Assembly (NCBI GenBank): GCA_963847185.1
Contig: CAWJYV010000010.1
Location: forward strand, 64,001-128,000
From: an uncultured Methanosarcinaceae archaeon
GTDB taxonomy: Archaea; Halobacteriota; Methanosarcinia; Methanosarcinales; Methanosarcinaceae
DNA length: 64,000 nt
Reading direction: 5' to 3'
The position numbers and the translations under genes were made by a program. Every line of letters starts with the position of its first letter. The first letter of the stretch is position 1. Of this stretch, positions 45,647 to 56,810 are shown piece by piece. The notes below the pieces were generated by a model, which was not told where the DNA came from, ran no database searches, and saw only the letters and a program-made list of their open reading frames with translations.

Positions 45647-45770
45647 GATAACCCCTCGATATTTCTAGTTTTATGGATAATTTGTCAGCTTAAAAGATAC
45701 TTTTATTACTCATTAAAGTTAAGGATACTTTATAAACGTTTTCAAATTATATGCACTTACATGAGATAAC

Positions 45771-45895
45771 CTTGATCCGTACTGTAGCTGACTAGAAGCT
45801 ACGTACAAAGCCAAGGCTATCGCCCGTAGCCAGATGGACAAAATATACCCGGACGGCTCCACAACACAACTAAAACGAATACGAATGGGCCAAGT
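45771..45895 (+). ncRNA. Candidate structured sRNA, copy E3
   Basis: Core ctagaagctacgtacaaagccaaggctatcgc; stems gtac-gtagct/agctac-gtac and gcccgt/atgggc; TTTATAAA at 45729. Confidence 0.55.
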
Positions 45896-45898
45896 TTC

Positions 45899-46300
45899 TT
45901 ACCGTCTGACCTCGATTTCAAAACCGTTCTCTTTTGCAACATTGCTCATAAAATCCAATAATAAAAAACGGTGACAACGTTCTCCACATTCAGGACCTTC
46001 GTGGCTCACAAGAAAAATGTCATTTGATTGTGCTCTTTTGGCTGTTCGAAGGATTGCCACGCTGGGGACATGCGGTTGCATTTCCTCCAAGAATTGAAGT
46101 GTGAATTGCTCCCAGTCATCTTTTGTCCTTTGACTCTTGTTATAGTTGGCAATTAGTTTCTTGCTTGGGACTAAAGAATACTCGCGGTAACTGTATTTGC
46201 ATAACGGTTTGTCACGCATAACAGCAACGAACTCTGCGTTTGGGTGTGATTGTCTTATATTTTCAACATTTGCTGCATAAGTTTGGGATAACATTTTCAC
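45899..46300 (-). CDS. DUF488-family protein
   Basis: LVPSKKL, WEQFTLQFLEEM, LVSHE...CHRFLL pattern. Confidence 0.7.
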   Translation of the reverse strand: MKMLSQTYAANVENIRQSHPNAEFVAVMRDKPLCKYSYREYSLVPSKKLIANYNKSQRTKDDWEQFTLQFLEEMQPHVPSVAILRTAKRAQSNDIFLVSHEGPECGERCHRFLLLDFMSNVAKENGFEIEVRR

Positions 46301-46380
46301 ATCTCTTTTTTGTTTTCAATGTCTTTTTCCTTTATCGTGCCCTAGATATTTGCTTAGTGTATAAGTATAATTCTCTTCGA

Positions 46381-46557
46381 GTATTGAAGCTGACGCAAAT
46401 ACGAGACTAAGTGAATACTTCGTGTCAGCACGTACGGGACTCTCCTAGACGTCCCAGATCTGGAACGTCTATATGCTTAAGGTTCAGGCTTCTGGGATAA
46501 TTGTGGAAGGGTGGTGCAGTAGATCTATCCTGAAGGCGCATACCCCCATACCTAACC
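46381..46557 (+). ncRNA. Candidate structured sRNA, segment E4
   Basis: Stems gctgacgc/gtgtcagc and gggac/gtccc; shares gtat(t)gaagct and catacctaac with E1, and tctatc..aaggcg(c/t)atacc with E2. Confidence 0.45.
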
Positions 46558-46790
46558 AGAAACATTTTCTACAAAGATAGTGTTTGACTTGATAAAGTCT
46601 CCTGTTATTTGTTTCACCATCTCAAATTTAGATGGATAAAATTATACTTCGCGGTATACGTGAAAAAGAAATATGGCAAAGTTAAGATAGTATCTTGTTA
46701 TTTTGTGATTATTAGCAACTCGGGTTATGTACAGTATTTGTTTTTACTAAAAACTGTCTAACACTGGGGCTAAATAGGTAGATTTATACA

Positions 46791-47197
46791 TTATAAATCA
46801 GGAGAATATTCATCTGTTTCTGACACTTCCACATTCTTCATCATATTTTCATTTACTTTATCGCATTGTTCAGCTGCACGGGCTAACCATAGTTTTACAC
46901 TGGCAGATTGTACCCTTAAAACATCAGCAATTGTTTCAATAATCATTCCTTTCATAGACATTCTCAGAGCTAATTCGATAGTGTTCTCATCTTTGCGAAG
47001 ATCATGATAAAAAGTGCCTGTATGGTCGCAAAAGGATTTGCCGCATTGATGGCAAAGATACCTTCTTGTTTTATTCCCACGACTTATGTAAATGCCATTT
47101 CCAGTAACATTGCCCTGATTAGTAAGGCCATAGAGCTTACAGTCTTTCTTAGGACAGGAAACGTCAAAAATTGTGGTTTTGGACCTCTTTTCCCCAG
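46791..47197 (-). pseudogene. IS1-family transposase N-terminal (InsA-like Zn ribbon/HTH) remnant
   Basis: GKRGPKPQF then a frameshift, DVSCPKKDC...RYLCHQCGKSFCDHTGTFYHDLR; no DDE domain seen. Confidence 0.7.
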
Positions 47198-47798
47198 AGA
47201 GATCTATATCTAATGGTTAATATATAATTCCAATCGAATAAAAATTGACCATCTTTATTTTTGATTTTTTTCAATTCCTTTGGTTTTGTAATTATATTAA
47301 ATTTCGATACTGTTTTGATAAATTAATGGTCAATTACTTTTCTTTTATATCTTATCTATATTTATAATGAATCTTGCATTTTTCAGGATAACTATAAAAA
47401 TATATTAATTTATTGATTTGTAGTTCCAGTGCCTTATTTATTTGTGATTATTAATGAGATTTCCTTAATAATGTATTAATGGATAAAGAAAACAGTTCTT
47501 GCCATGTCTGTCCTTATTAAGTTCATATCTTTATTACTACACATATGATGATAATGTGAATCGATGCTGATTCATTCTATATGATACTATTTAAACACGT
47601 TTCTGAAAGTTCCCCGGGGTATAAAGTGGAATGAATTCCAATAAACAGAGAAATCTTTTTACCTTTTTTCGTAAATTAAATATTTTTACAATAATATTAA
47701 TCTCCACCAATATGTTTATATTGTACTTGCAATTAATTTCTAATTAATTATATGAAGTTACATTTGCATTTTCTTTGATTTCTATGGAGGAATTTGAC

Positions 47799-50700
47799 AT
47801 AAATCGAGTAAGACTTTTATTACTAGCTTTTTTAATCTTTACACTAAGTTCCTTTGTCGGGTCGGCTGCGACATATACAGTAGCCGCCGATGGAACTGGA
47901 AACTATGCAACAATACAAGCTGCAATAAATAACGCGGCTTCAGGCGATGTAATCATTGTACAACCTGGAACGTATTATGAGAACATTGATCTAAGCCGAG
48001 TTAGCGTAGAACTCAGATCAGCATCTGGTAACCCTGACAATACAATTATTGCGTCCAACAATACGCTCAAAAATGTGATCTCTGTTGTATCCAGAGCTGA
48101 TGTGAAAATTCAAGGTTTTACAATTAGTGGAGCTGCAGTAGATTACTCAGGAATCCGTTTAACTGGATGTAGAAACTGTGTAATTGAAAATAACAAATTT
48201 ATAGATAATGGAATGGGAGTGTTCGTAGATTCTTCTACATCTTGTACAGTACGCAACAACGTAGCTACCAGAAATGTAGGCGAATCTGGTAGAGGAATTA
48301 ATGTTGAAAGATCTCCTCTTACTACCGTTTCCGGCAACACAATTTCAAACCAGAGGTTTGGGATTTATTTTACTAACTCAGATAGTAATACTGTATCAGG
48401 AAATACAGTAAGTCACAGTGCAGGTAATGGTATCCATCTGGAAGGCACAACAAATACTGTTCTGGAAGGAAACAATGCAAATTCGAACGGGAACAAAGGA
48501 ATCTATCTGGCTGGCTCCAGTAATAAAAACATTGTGAGAGGTAATACAGTTTCCTCTAATGCAGGAAATGGAATTGACCTGGAGAGATCTTCTGGATGCA
48601 CAGTTTCTGGTAATACAGTCTCAGGTAATTCTACAGTAAACAATACTCATGGTATATTCCTGAACACCTGTAATGATAATTACGTGCAGAACAATGACGT
48701 TGGGACCTGTGATTACGGAATAGCTATGAGATTTTCCCAAAATAACACTGTGACAAGTAACAATGCCCATGACAACGACAGAGGCATTTTCGTAGCTTAT
48801 CAATCTACCAAAAATACAATTTCAGGTAATAAGGCAACGTCCAGCAGCATAACTGGTATTGTCGTAACGCTCGCAGCCAATAATATTGTTGTAGAGAACA
48901 ATGAAGTAAGCTCAAACCTAGGTACTGGTATATCACTTGACAATACAACAAGTGACAGAGTATCCAAGAACACAATAACCCAAAATGGTAAAGGTATTTT
49001 TTCAGGTGCGCTATCCAGCGGAAATATAATTTCAGAGAATACTCTGGACCGTAATACCGGCGATGGTATGCGGTTTGAAAGTTCCACTGATAACGATATT
49101 CTCTACAACGTCGTCAGTTCAAGCAACGGCAACGGAATATTTTTCGCAAGCTCAAGTAACAATAATGATGTAATCGGCAATACACTAAAAAACAGCAAGG
49201 TAGGTATCGAGTTAAGATACTCAAATGGAACTAAAATTTATCAAAACACTGTAACCGAAAATACTGGATCTGGAATTGCGCTCACGGTTTCCACGAATAA
49301 TACTATTTTCAAGAACACAGCTTTTAGCAATGTCGAAGGTATTACTCTCAACTCGTCTGAAAGCAACAACATATCCAGTAATAGCGTAAGTTTAAACAGT
49401 AATGGTATCTATCTATGTCCCAGAAGCTATTATAACCTGATTTATAACAACTATTTCAATAACCCCTACAATACCGATGTCAGAAATAATAGAAGCTACT
49501 GGTACATAGCAAAGACCAAAGGCAAAAATGTTATGGGTGGGCCAAATCTTGGAGGTAATTTCTGGGGAAGTCCGTCAGGTATGGGTTTCTCAGAGACTAA
49601 TCCAGATGCAGATGGTGACGGTATCATTGATTCTCAATTCACTTCAGCTAATGGTAACGTCGTAGACCTGTACCCACTCTTCCCTATGGAAGTTCCAATT
49701 CCACGTTTCATCTCCAGTTCTACGAGCGGATATGCTCCTCTCTTCGTGCAGTTCACTGATTCTTCACGAAATGCACTTTCATGGAGCTGGAACTTTGGAG
49801 ATGGAAATACTTCAACTCGAGAAAAATCCAAACCACACATACATCACTCCAGGAACCTATACCGTTACACTTGCAGCAACCAACGCTAACGACACTGTCT
49901 TCACAAGTCAAATAATAAGCGTACAGAAATTTATAATTCTTCCTGTGGCCGACTTCAGCGCCAGTGCAACGAGTGGCGATGCTCCTCTTACTGTGCAGTT
50001 CACTGACATTTCACAAAATGCAGTAGCATGGAGCTGGAACTTCGGAGATGGATCTACTTCTGCCGAAAAGAGTCCGGCACACACTTTCAATTCAGCAGGA
50101 ACTTATACTGTCAGTCTGGTAGCAGGTAATGAAAATGGAACTTCTCCAATACCGAAAACTGCTACAATAACTGTAACGACAGCAAGTAGCTCAAGTGGTG
50201 GAGGCAGCAGTGGTGGTCACAGCAGCAGCGGCAGCAGCGGTGGAAGCAGTAGTGGCGGAAGCGGTGGCGGTGGCGGTTCTCCCGAGTCTTCAAAGAACGT
50301 TAAAGTAAAGGAACTTTGTCAGGTCTTCATTACAAGTGGAAAAGCTGTGAAGTTTGATTTTACAAAGAATGCAACTGCTATTGTAAATTTGAACTTTGAT
50401 TCAAAGAAGACTGTTGGCAAGACAACAACTATTGTTGAAATGCTCAAAAACAAGTCCACGCTTACTCCGGAGACACCTGAAGGCGAGGTTTACAATTACC
50501 TCAATATCTGGGTTGGAAACGGAGGGTATGGAAGTGACGAAAACAATCTCGAAAACGCAGTCATAAACTTCAGAGTTGAAAAATCCTGGGTACAGGATAA
50601 AGGTATTGACCAGAGTTCAATAGTCCTGAACAGGTATAATGAAAAGAAATGGAATGAACTTACAACGACCCTTTCAGGAGAAGATGGCACATATCTCTAT

Positions 50701-50955
50701 TTCAAGGCCGAAGCCCCGGGATTCTCTCCGTTTGCAATAACAGGCGAGTTAACAGCAAAGGAAGCTGTGACTGAAACACAGCCTGAAACTGAGGACAATG
50801 AAGAAAACACCGGAAGTACAGCAGCAAATACTGAACAGGAGTCTGAGAATAAACAAGAAACAAGCACTCCTGAGAAAACTTCAAGTGCTCCTGGCTTTGA
50901 AATGATTTATGGAGTTGCTGGATTGCTTTCTGTATTTCTTCACAAAAGAAAATAA
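47799..50955 (+). CDS. Cell-surface protein: NosD beta-helix + PKD + PGF-pre-PGF + PGF-CTERM; extra base near 49818 splits the ORF
   Basis: ORFs 47775-49889 and 49732-50955 join inside a PKD repeat (WNFGDG..STEKNP.HTY); C-terminal PGF motif. Confidence 0.85.
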
Positions 50956-51005
50956 AAAAATGAACTGAAATATAAAGCAAAATTTCATTACGGAAGAAAT
51001 AAAGG

Positions 51006-51050
51006 ATGAAGATTCAATACCTTCATCATGTTTTCTTTACTTTTTTTATT
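51006..51050 (+). terminator. Hairpin plus T-tract terminator
   Basis: gatgaag...cttcatc followed by T runs; near-identical hairpin at 56901. Confidence 0.55.
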
Positions 51051-51054
51051 TTTT

Positions 51055-51164
51055 GTCGGACGTGAGTTACTGAAAACCATGAGTACAGAGATCTTTTCTA
51101 TTTTTCCTCAAATGCCGTATCGTACTTGTCTTTTTCAGGTTTATCTAATGATTTTCGTCCAGAC
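51055..51164 (-). mobile_element. MITE family A, degenerate copy
   Basis: Reverse complement contains cctgaaaaag..gtac..gcatttgaggaaaa...ttttcagtaactcacg. Confidence 0.65.
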
Positions 51165-51165
51165 C

Positions 51166-51246
51166 TTTTCTAAGTTTTTCTCCCCTTTTTAAGTTTTTCT
51201 TTCCCCTTTTCTAAGTTTTTCTCCCCTTTTCTAAGTTTTTCTCCCT
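51166..51246. repeat. ~20-bp tandem repeat (TTTTCTAAGTTTTTCTCCCC)x4
   Basis: Seen directly. Confidence 0.8.
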
Positions 51247-51585
51247 GGTTCTAAAATAATTTTCAAGAACATAATTTTAAAAAGAAACTTTATTAAGCTC
51301 AATTTCTTTGAAATCTGTTAAAGTAATAAATCTTTTTCTGCATCAAGGTGATTTACAGGGATTAAGTGCAAACATTATTCTTTCATAATCTGAGTTTAAA
51401 TATCAAAAGAAAGAGCCTATATAGTTTCTTTCAATAAACTCTTTGTTGATTATTGTTTTTCATATATTTTTATGTCTTTTTTTTGATATTATTCTAATTC
51501 AATATATTTATATGATTTAATGTTTAATTTGTAATTTATTAATTTAAATTTAAATAATAACTTATATAGAATGCGGGGGATGTAA

Positions 51586-53655
51586 ATAAACAGATATATC
51601 ACTTTAGCGGTAGCTTTTCTTATTTTAGCAATAAGCTCGAGTACAGGGACTGCAGCCGAGATTTTAGTTCAGCCAGGAGGATCAATACAGGCCGCAGTAA
51701 ATAATGCAAGTCCGGGAGATGAAATAGTCATAAGTTCCGGAAACTATACCGAAAATATCGTTATAACAAAGGATAATCTCGTAATCAGATCAGCGTCCGG
51801 AAGCCCTGAAGACACAATAATTGTGTCGAATAATAATGCTACGGATGTTTTCCGTATAGAAGCGGACGGCATCACAATCAAGGGACTCAGTATTGCAGGA
51901 GCTGCGATTGAAAAGTCAGCACTTTATCTTCTTTCATCCAATAACTGTACCATAGAAAATAATTTGATTCTTAATGACGCGCTTGGTGTATACTTAAAGA
52001 ATTCTATGTACAATAATATTCTCAACAATACGATAACAGAAGGCAGAAGAGCAGTTAACGTTGAAAGATCTAACTATAACACGATTCAGGACAATATTAT
52101 TTTAAAGCAGAGATACGGAGTTTACGTTTTCAACTCTGAAGGAAACAAACTATCAGGAAATATAATAAGTGAGAGTTCCAGTCATGGTATTGTTCTGGAC
52201 ACCTGTAGCAAGAACAGCCTTGAAGATAATGCAGCAAACTCAAACGGAGATTACGGCATTTTCCTTAAGTCTTCCGGTAATAATGATCTGACAAATAACA
52301 CTGCGGATTCAAACGTATTTTATGGTATCGGACTACTTGATTCGAGTAATAACAATATGGTCAATAATACAGCAGCCAATAATAATAGAGGTATTTTCCT
52401 GTTGAGATCAGGTGAAAGTACGCTTTTCGGTAATGTGATTTCGAATAATGGGGAAGGAATAAGGCTTTCATCGTCAGCAAATAGCGACATCTCAGAGAAT
52501 ACTGTCTCTGACAGTAATGTCTCAGGTATTTCTCTAATGAATTCTGCTAACTGTACTCTCGATGAGAACACGCTGTTAAATGATACTCTAGGGATAGATC
52601 TGGTTTTTTCCAACAACAGCAATGTCTTTAATAATACTCTCCATGAAGGCGGAAGGGGAATTAACCTGCGGGATGCGAGTTACAATACCCTGTCAAACAA
52701 TACTGCTCTGAACAACAAGAATGGAATTTACCTCCAGCGTTCACAGTGGAATATTTTCTCAAATAATACGGCAGGTTCAAACTATATCCACGGTATCGTC
52801 CTGGCAAATTCCAGTGATAACAGCTTTACAGACATCATTGTAAACTCGAACGAAGGTCATGGAATTTATCTAAGTAACTCGAGTAGCAATACTTTGAGTA
52901 ATTGCACGGTTTCCGGTAATGGTAGAGGTGTTTATATGACAACATCTGGTGCAAATACTCTATCAAACAACACAATTCAGAATAATAGAGAATACGGGCT
53001 CTTGCTGTATTATTCAGCAGGGAATAAGATTTCCGGAAATGAAATCTCAAATAGCGGAAGTGGCATTCACCTGATTACCTGTGACGGAAATATCATTTCA
53101 GGAAACACTATTATTTCAAACAGTATTTCCGGCATTTTCATAAGCTCTACAAGCAGCAATAATATTGTCTTTGATAATTACTTCAGTAACTTCTTTAATA
53201 CAGATCTTAAAGAGGGAAGTTTCGGTAATGTGTGGAATACAACAAAAACCGAAGGTACGAATATCGTAGGCGGTCCCTTTATCGGCGGGAACTTCTGGGG
53301 AAAACCTGATGGTTCAGGATTTTCACAAAGCGCAACAGATGTAGACGGGGACGGCATTGCTGATTCAGTCTACGATCTCAAGAACAACTATACAGATTTC
53401 CTGCCTCTTGTGGGTGGTTTTGAATCAGAGGTGTCCGCAACTCCTGTACAAAAACTCAATACCAGTGAAACGGGAACAGGGATAAACGAAACAGAAGCAG
53501 GCGAAATTGAAGAAGGCATCAGCGAAACAGAACCAGAAAGTATGGAAGAGAGCAACAACGAGACAGAAGCAGGTGAAATGGAAGAAGGCACCAATGAAAC
53601 AGAACCAGAAGGTATGGAAGAGGGTACTAACGAAACAGAATCAAATAAAATGTGA
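51586..53655 (+). CDS. NosD/right-handed beta-helix secreted protein with acidic NETE repeats (ATA start)
   Basis: In-frame signal peptide INRYITLAVAFLILAISSSTGTAAE upstream of 51823; GGNFW..PDG.GFS motif. Confidence 0.85.
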   Translation: MNRYITLAVAFLILAISSSTGTAAEILVQPGGSIQAAVNNASPGDEIVISSGNYTENIVITKDNLVIRSASGSPEDTIIVSNNNATDVFRIEADGITIKGLSIAGAAIEKSALYLLSSNNCTIENNLILNDALGVYLKNSMYNNILNNTITEGRRAVNVERSNYNTIQDNIILKQRYGVYVFNSEGNKLSGNIISESSSHGIVLDTCSKNSLEDNAANSNGDYGIFLKSSGNNDLTNNTADSNVFYGIGLLDSSNNNMVNNTAANNNRGIFLLRSGESTLFGNVISNNGEGIRLSSSANSDISENTVSDSNVSGISLMNSANCTLDENTLLNDTLGIDLVFSNNSNVFNNTLHEGGRGINLRDASYNTLSNNTALNNKNGIYLQRSQWNIFSNNTAGSNYIHGIVLANSSDNSFTDIIVNSNEGHGIYLSNSSSNTLSNCTVSGNGRGVYMTTSGANTLSNNTIQNNREYGLLLYYSAGNKISGNEISNSGSGIHLITCDGNIISGNTIISNSISGIFISSTSSNNIVFDNYFSNFFNTDLKEGSFGNVWNTTKTEGTNIVGGPFIGGNFWGKPDGSGFSQSATDVDGDGIADSVYDLKNNYTDFLPLVGGFESEVSATPVQKLNTSETGTGINETEAGEIEEGISETEPESMEESNNETEAGEMEEGTNETEPEGMEEGTNETESNKM

Positions 53656-54308
53656 GTTACCGTGAAACGAAAACAAGAATCAGTAAAATTGATATAAAGT
53701 TTGATTTCACAAAAGATTTATAAAATCTACAAAAACGCATTGAAAATCTGTGGTGAAGGATCACCTCCTTCATCCTTATTTTGTTTTTCTGTTCTTCTTT
53801 TTCTGTTCTCCTTTTTTAATTCTTTTTTTAATTCTTTCTTCTCATTTTTATGGGCACAAAAAATGTCCTTAGAGACAAAAATTTGGGAAATTTGCTGATT
53901 TTTCAAGGATACTTTTATAGCATATTAATACCATTCTTATTAACTATATTTCATTAGTTAACAGCGTTATTCACCTTTTTGAGGTGGAACTAAATTTTCT
54001 AAATTAAGAATATATTTTTGTTTCAGGTAGATGAATAAATGCAAACCACAGAGGTGAAATAAATCAGGTTTTATAATAATTGGTATCTTGAAGCTTAGTT
54101 ATATGATGATAATTTGAACGGCAGAACATTAAAATTTCTGAACCAATTTCCGAAGGGAATTCAGACAAATTAATGGTAAATATTTTTTCGCCTTTCCAAT
54201 TTTGTCTAAGTTTTTCTTAACCAAAATAATTATATTGTTTTGCATTTAATCTCTAATTTACTAGAAGAAGTATATGTGTAATTTTTACTTTTATATTGGG
54301 GAATTCAA

Positions 54309-56810
54309 ATGAATAAATTAATTATCTTGCTGATGGCTATACTCATTTTTGCATCAATTTCTGGGATCGGAACCGCAGCTGAACATGCTGTTTCGCCAGG
54401 AAATTCGATACAGACTACAGTGAACAGTGCGAGTCCAGGCGATGTAATTATCGTCAAGCCCGGAACTTATACCGAAAATGTCCGAATTACTACGCCAAAT
54501 TTAGTAGTCAAGTCAGAGTCCGGAAAGTCCCAAGATACAATAATTAAAACTGCAAGTGCAAGAGGATTCGATGTGGCAGCCAATGGTGTGACAATTAGCG
54601 GGTTCAAAGTTGAATCCGGAGAATCAGGCATACGTCTGGTTGGATGCAGTGGCTGCTCAATCACTAATAATGACCTTTCGAGTAATGATTATGGGATATT
54701 TCTGAATATTTCGAATTCCAATAAAATCTCGGGAAACACAGCAAATTTGAACAGTTTGTTTGGGATTTATCTCCTGAGCTCTGGACAAAATAATATCTCA
54801 TACAATAATGTAAATTCTAATCAAAGAGGGATTAATTCTATAACTTCAAATAACAATCAAATTATTGGCAATATTGCTTCGAACAACAGTGCTTATGGAA
54901 TGTGGATTTCGCAATCACATGATAACAGTATTTCAGGGAATACAGTTAGCGAATCCGGTGGCAATAACGGAAGAGGCGGGGGCGGAGGTATTCATTTCAA
55001 TTCTTCCAGCAGGAACGCAATCACCGGAAATACTGTCGCTTTTAACATCGGCTCAGGCTTTTTCGAGTGCCCGGGTTGTCATAATAACGTCGTGTACAAT
55101 AATTACGTAAACAATACCTACAATGCTAATATTAACACCAGGGATACTACCTGGTATTTAAATCCAACTTCAGGTACAAACATTGTCGGTGGACCATATA
55201 TAGGGGGCAATTTCTGGGGAACTCCTGCAGGAACAGGTTTTTCGAATACAGCACAGGATCTGAATAAAGACGGCATTGCGGATACAGGTTACAGTGTATC
55301 TAACATTACTGACAATTATCCGCTTGTAGTTGGAGAATCATACTTACCTGCTATAAAGCCTGTTGCAAACTTCAATACAAATGTCACCAGCGGTTATGCT
55401 CCTCTTACTGTCCAGTTTAATGACCTTTCATCGAATGTCGTAGAGAGAAACTGGGACTTTGGAGACGGAAGTAATTCAACCGAGCAGCGCCCGGTGAACA
55501 CTTATTATTCAGCAGGAAATTATACGGTTAACCTGACTGTAGCAAATCAAAATGGTATGAATTCAAAACTTGTCACGATAACTGTTTTGAGAAAGCCTGT
55601 TGCAAATTTCAGTGTCAATGTAACCAAGGGTCCTGCTCCTCTTGCTGTTCAGTTTACAGATCTCTCGCAGAATGCAGTTTCGTGGAGCTGGGATTTTAAC
55701 AATGACGGAGTGCCGGAGGCTATTGACCAGAATCCCGTTAATCAATACACAACTCCAGGAAATTATACCGTTAAGCTGATAGTAAGCAACGAAAATGGCA
55801 ATAATTCGACAACTCAAAAAATAATCGTGCAGGATCCAAAGGATCTTCCTGTAGCGAATTTCGGCACAAATGTCACCAGCGGTTATGCTCCTCTTGCTGT
55901 CCAGTTTACAGACCTTTCGCAAAATTCAATAGGAAGAGGCTGGGATTTCAATAACGACTGGCAGGGTGATTCAGGTGATGCAGCTCCTGTTTACGTGTTT
56001 ACAGAGCCAGGATCCTATAATGTTAACCTTGTTGCAATCAATGAGAACGGAACCGCCACAAAAACTACTACAATAATAGTATTAGAGGAAAGATCAAGTG
56101 GTGGAAGCAGCAGCGGTGGAAGCGGTGGTGGTTCTCCCGAGTCTTCAAAGAACGTTAAAGTAAAGGAACTTTGTCAGGTCTTCATTACAAGTGGAAAAGC
56201 TGTGAAGTTTGATTTTACAAAGAATGCAACTGCTATTGTAAATTTGAACTTTGATGCCAAGAAGACTGTTGGTAAGACAACAACCATTGTTGAAATGCTT
56301 AAAAACAAATCCACGCTTACTCCGGAGACGCCTGAAGGCGAGGTTTACAATTACCTCAATATCTGGGTTGGAAACGGAGGATATGGAAGTGATGAAGATA
56401 ATCTCGAAAACGCAGTCATAAATTTCAGAGTTGAAAAATCCTGGGTAAAAGATAAAGGTATTGACCAGAGTTCAATAGTCCTGAACAGGTACAATGAAAA
56501 GAAATGGAATGAACTTACAACCTGCCTTTCAGGAGAAGATGATAAATACCTTTATTTCAAAGCCGAAACAGCTGGATTCTCTCCGTTTGCAATAACTTCC
56601 AAAACCGCAGAAAAACAAACTGATGTTGAGATAAAGCCAGAAAACGCCGACGATAAAGAAAACACAGGAAATACCGCAGCAGACGTTGAGCAACAGCCTG
56701 AGAATAAAGAAAACACAAGCACTGCAGAGGAAATTCCAAGTGAGCCTGGCTTTGAAGTGATTTATGGAGTTGCTGGACTGCTTGCTGTATTTCTACATAA
56801 AAGAAAATAA
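54309..56810 (+). CDS. Cell-surface protein: NosD + 3 PKD + PGF-pre-PGF + PGF-CTERM
   Basis: Signal peptide, beta-helix repeats, PVANF..NVTSG.APL.VQF, terminal PGF motif. Confidence 0.9.
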   Translation: MNKLIILLMAILIFASISGIGTAAEHAVSPGNSIQTTVNSASPGDVIIVKPGTYTENVRITTPNLVVKSESGKSQDTIIKTASARGFDVAANGVTISGFKVESGESGIRLVGCSGCSITNNDLSSNDYGIFLNISNSNKISGNTANLNSLFGIYLLSSGQNNISYNNVNSNQRGINSITSNNNQIIGNIASNNSAYGMWISQSHDNSISGNTVSESGGNNGRGGGGGIHFNSSSRNAITGNTVAFNIGSGFFECPGCHNNVVYNNYVNNTYNANINTRDTTWYLNPTSGTNIVGGPYIGGNFWGTPAGTGFSNTAQDLNKDGIADTGYSVSNITDNYPLVVGESYLPAIKPVANFNTNVTSGYAPLTVQFNDLSSNVVERNWDFGDGSNSTEQRPVNTYYSAGNYTVNLTVANQNGMNSKLVTITVLRKPVANFSVNVTKGPAPLAVQFTDLSQNAVSWSWDFNNDGVPEAIDQNPVNQYTTPGNYTVKLIVSNENGNNSTTQKIIVQDPKDLPVANFGTNVTSGYAPLAVQFTDLSQNSIGRGWDFNNDWQGDSGDAAPVYVFTEPGSYNVNLVAINENGTATKTTTIIVLEERSSGGSSSGGSGGGSPESSKNVKVKELCQVFITSGKAVKFDFTKNATAIVNLNFDAKKTVGKTTTIVEMLKNKSTLTPETPEGEVYNYLNIWVGNGGYGSDEDNLENAVINFRVEKSWVKDKGIDQSSIVLNRYNEKKWNELTTCLSGEDDKYLYFKAETAGFSPFAITSKTAEKQTDVEIKPENADDKENTGNTAADVEQQPENKENTSTAEEIPSEPGFEVIYGVAGLLAVFLHKRK

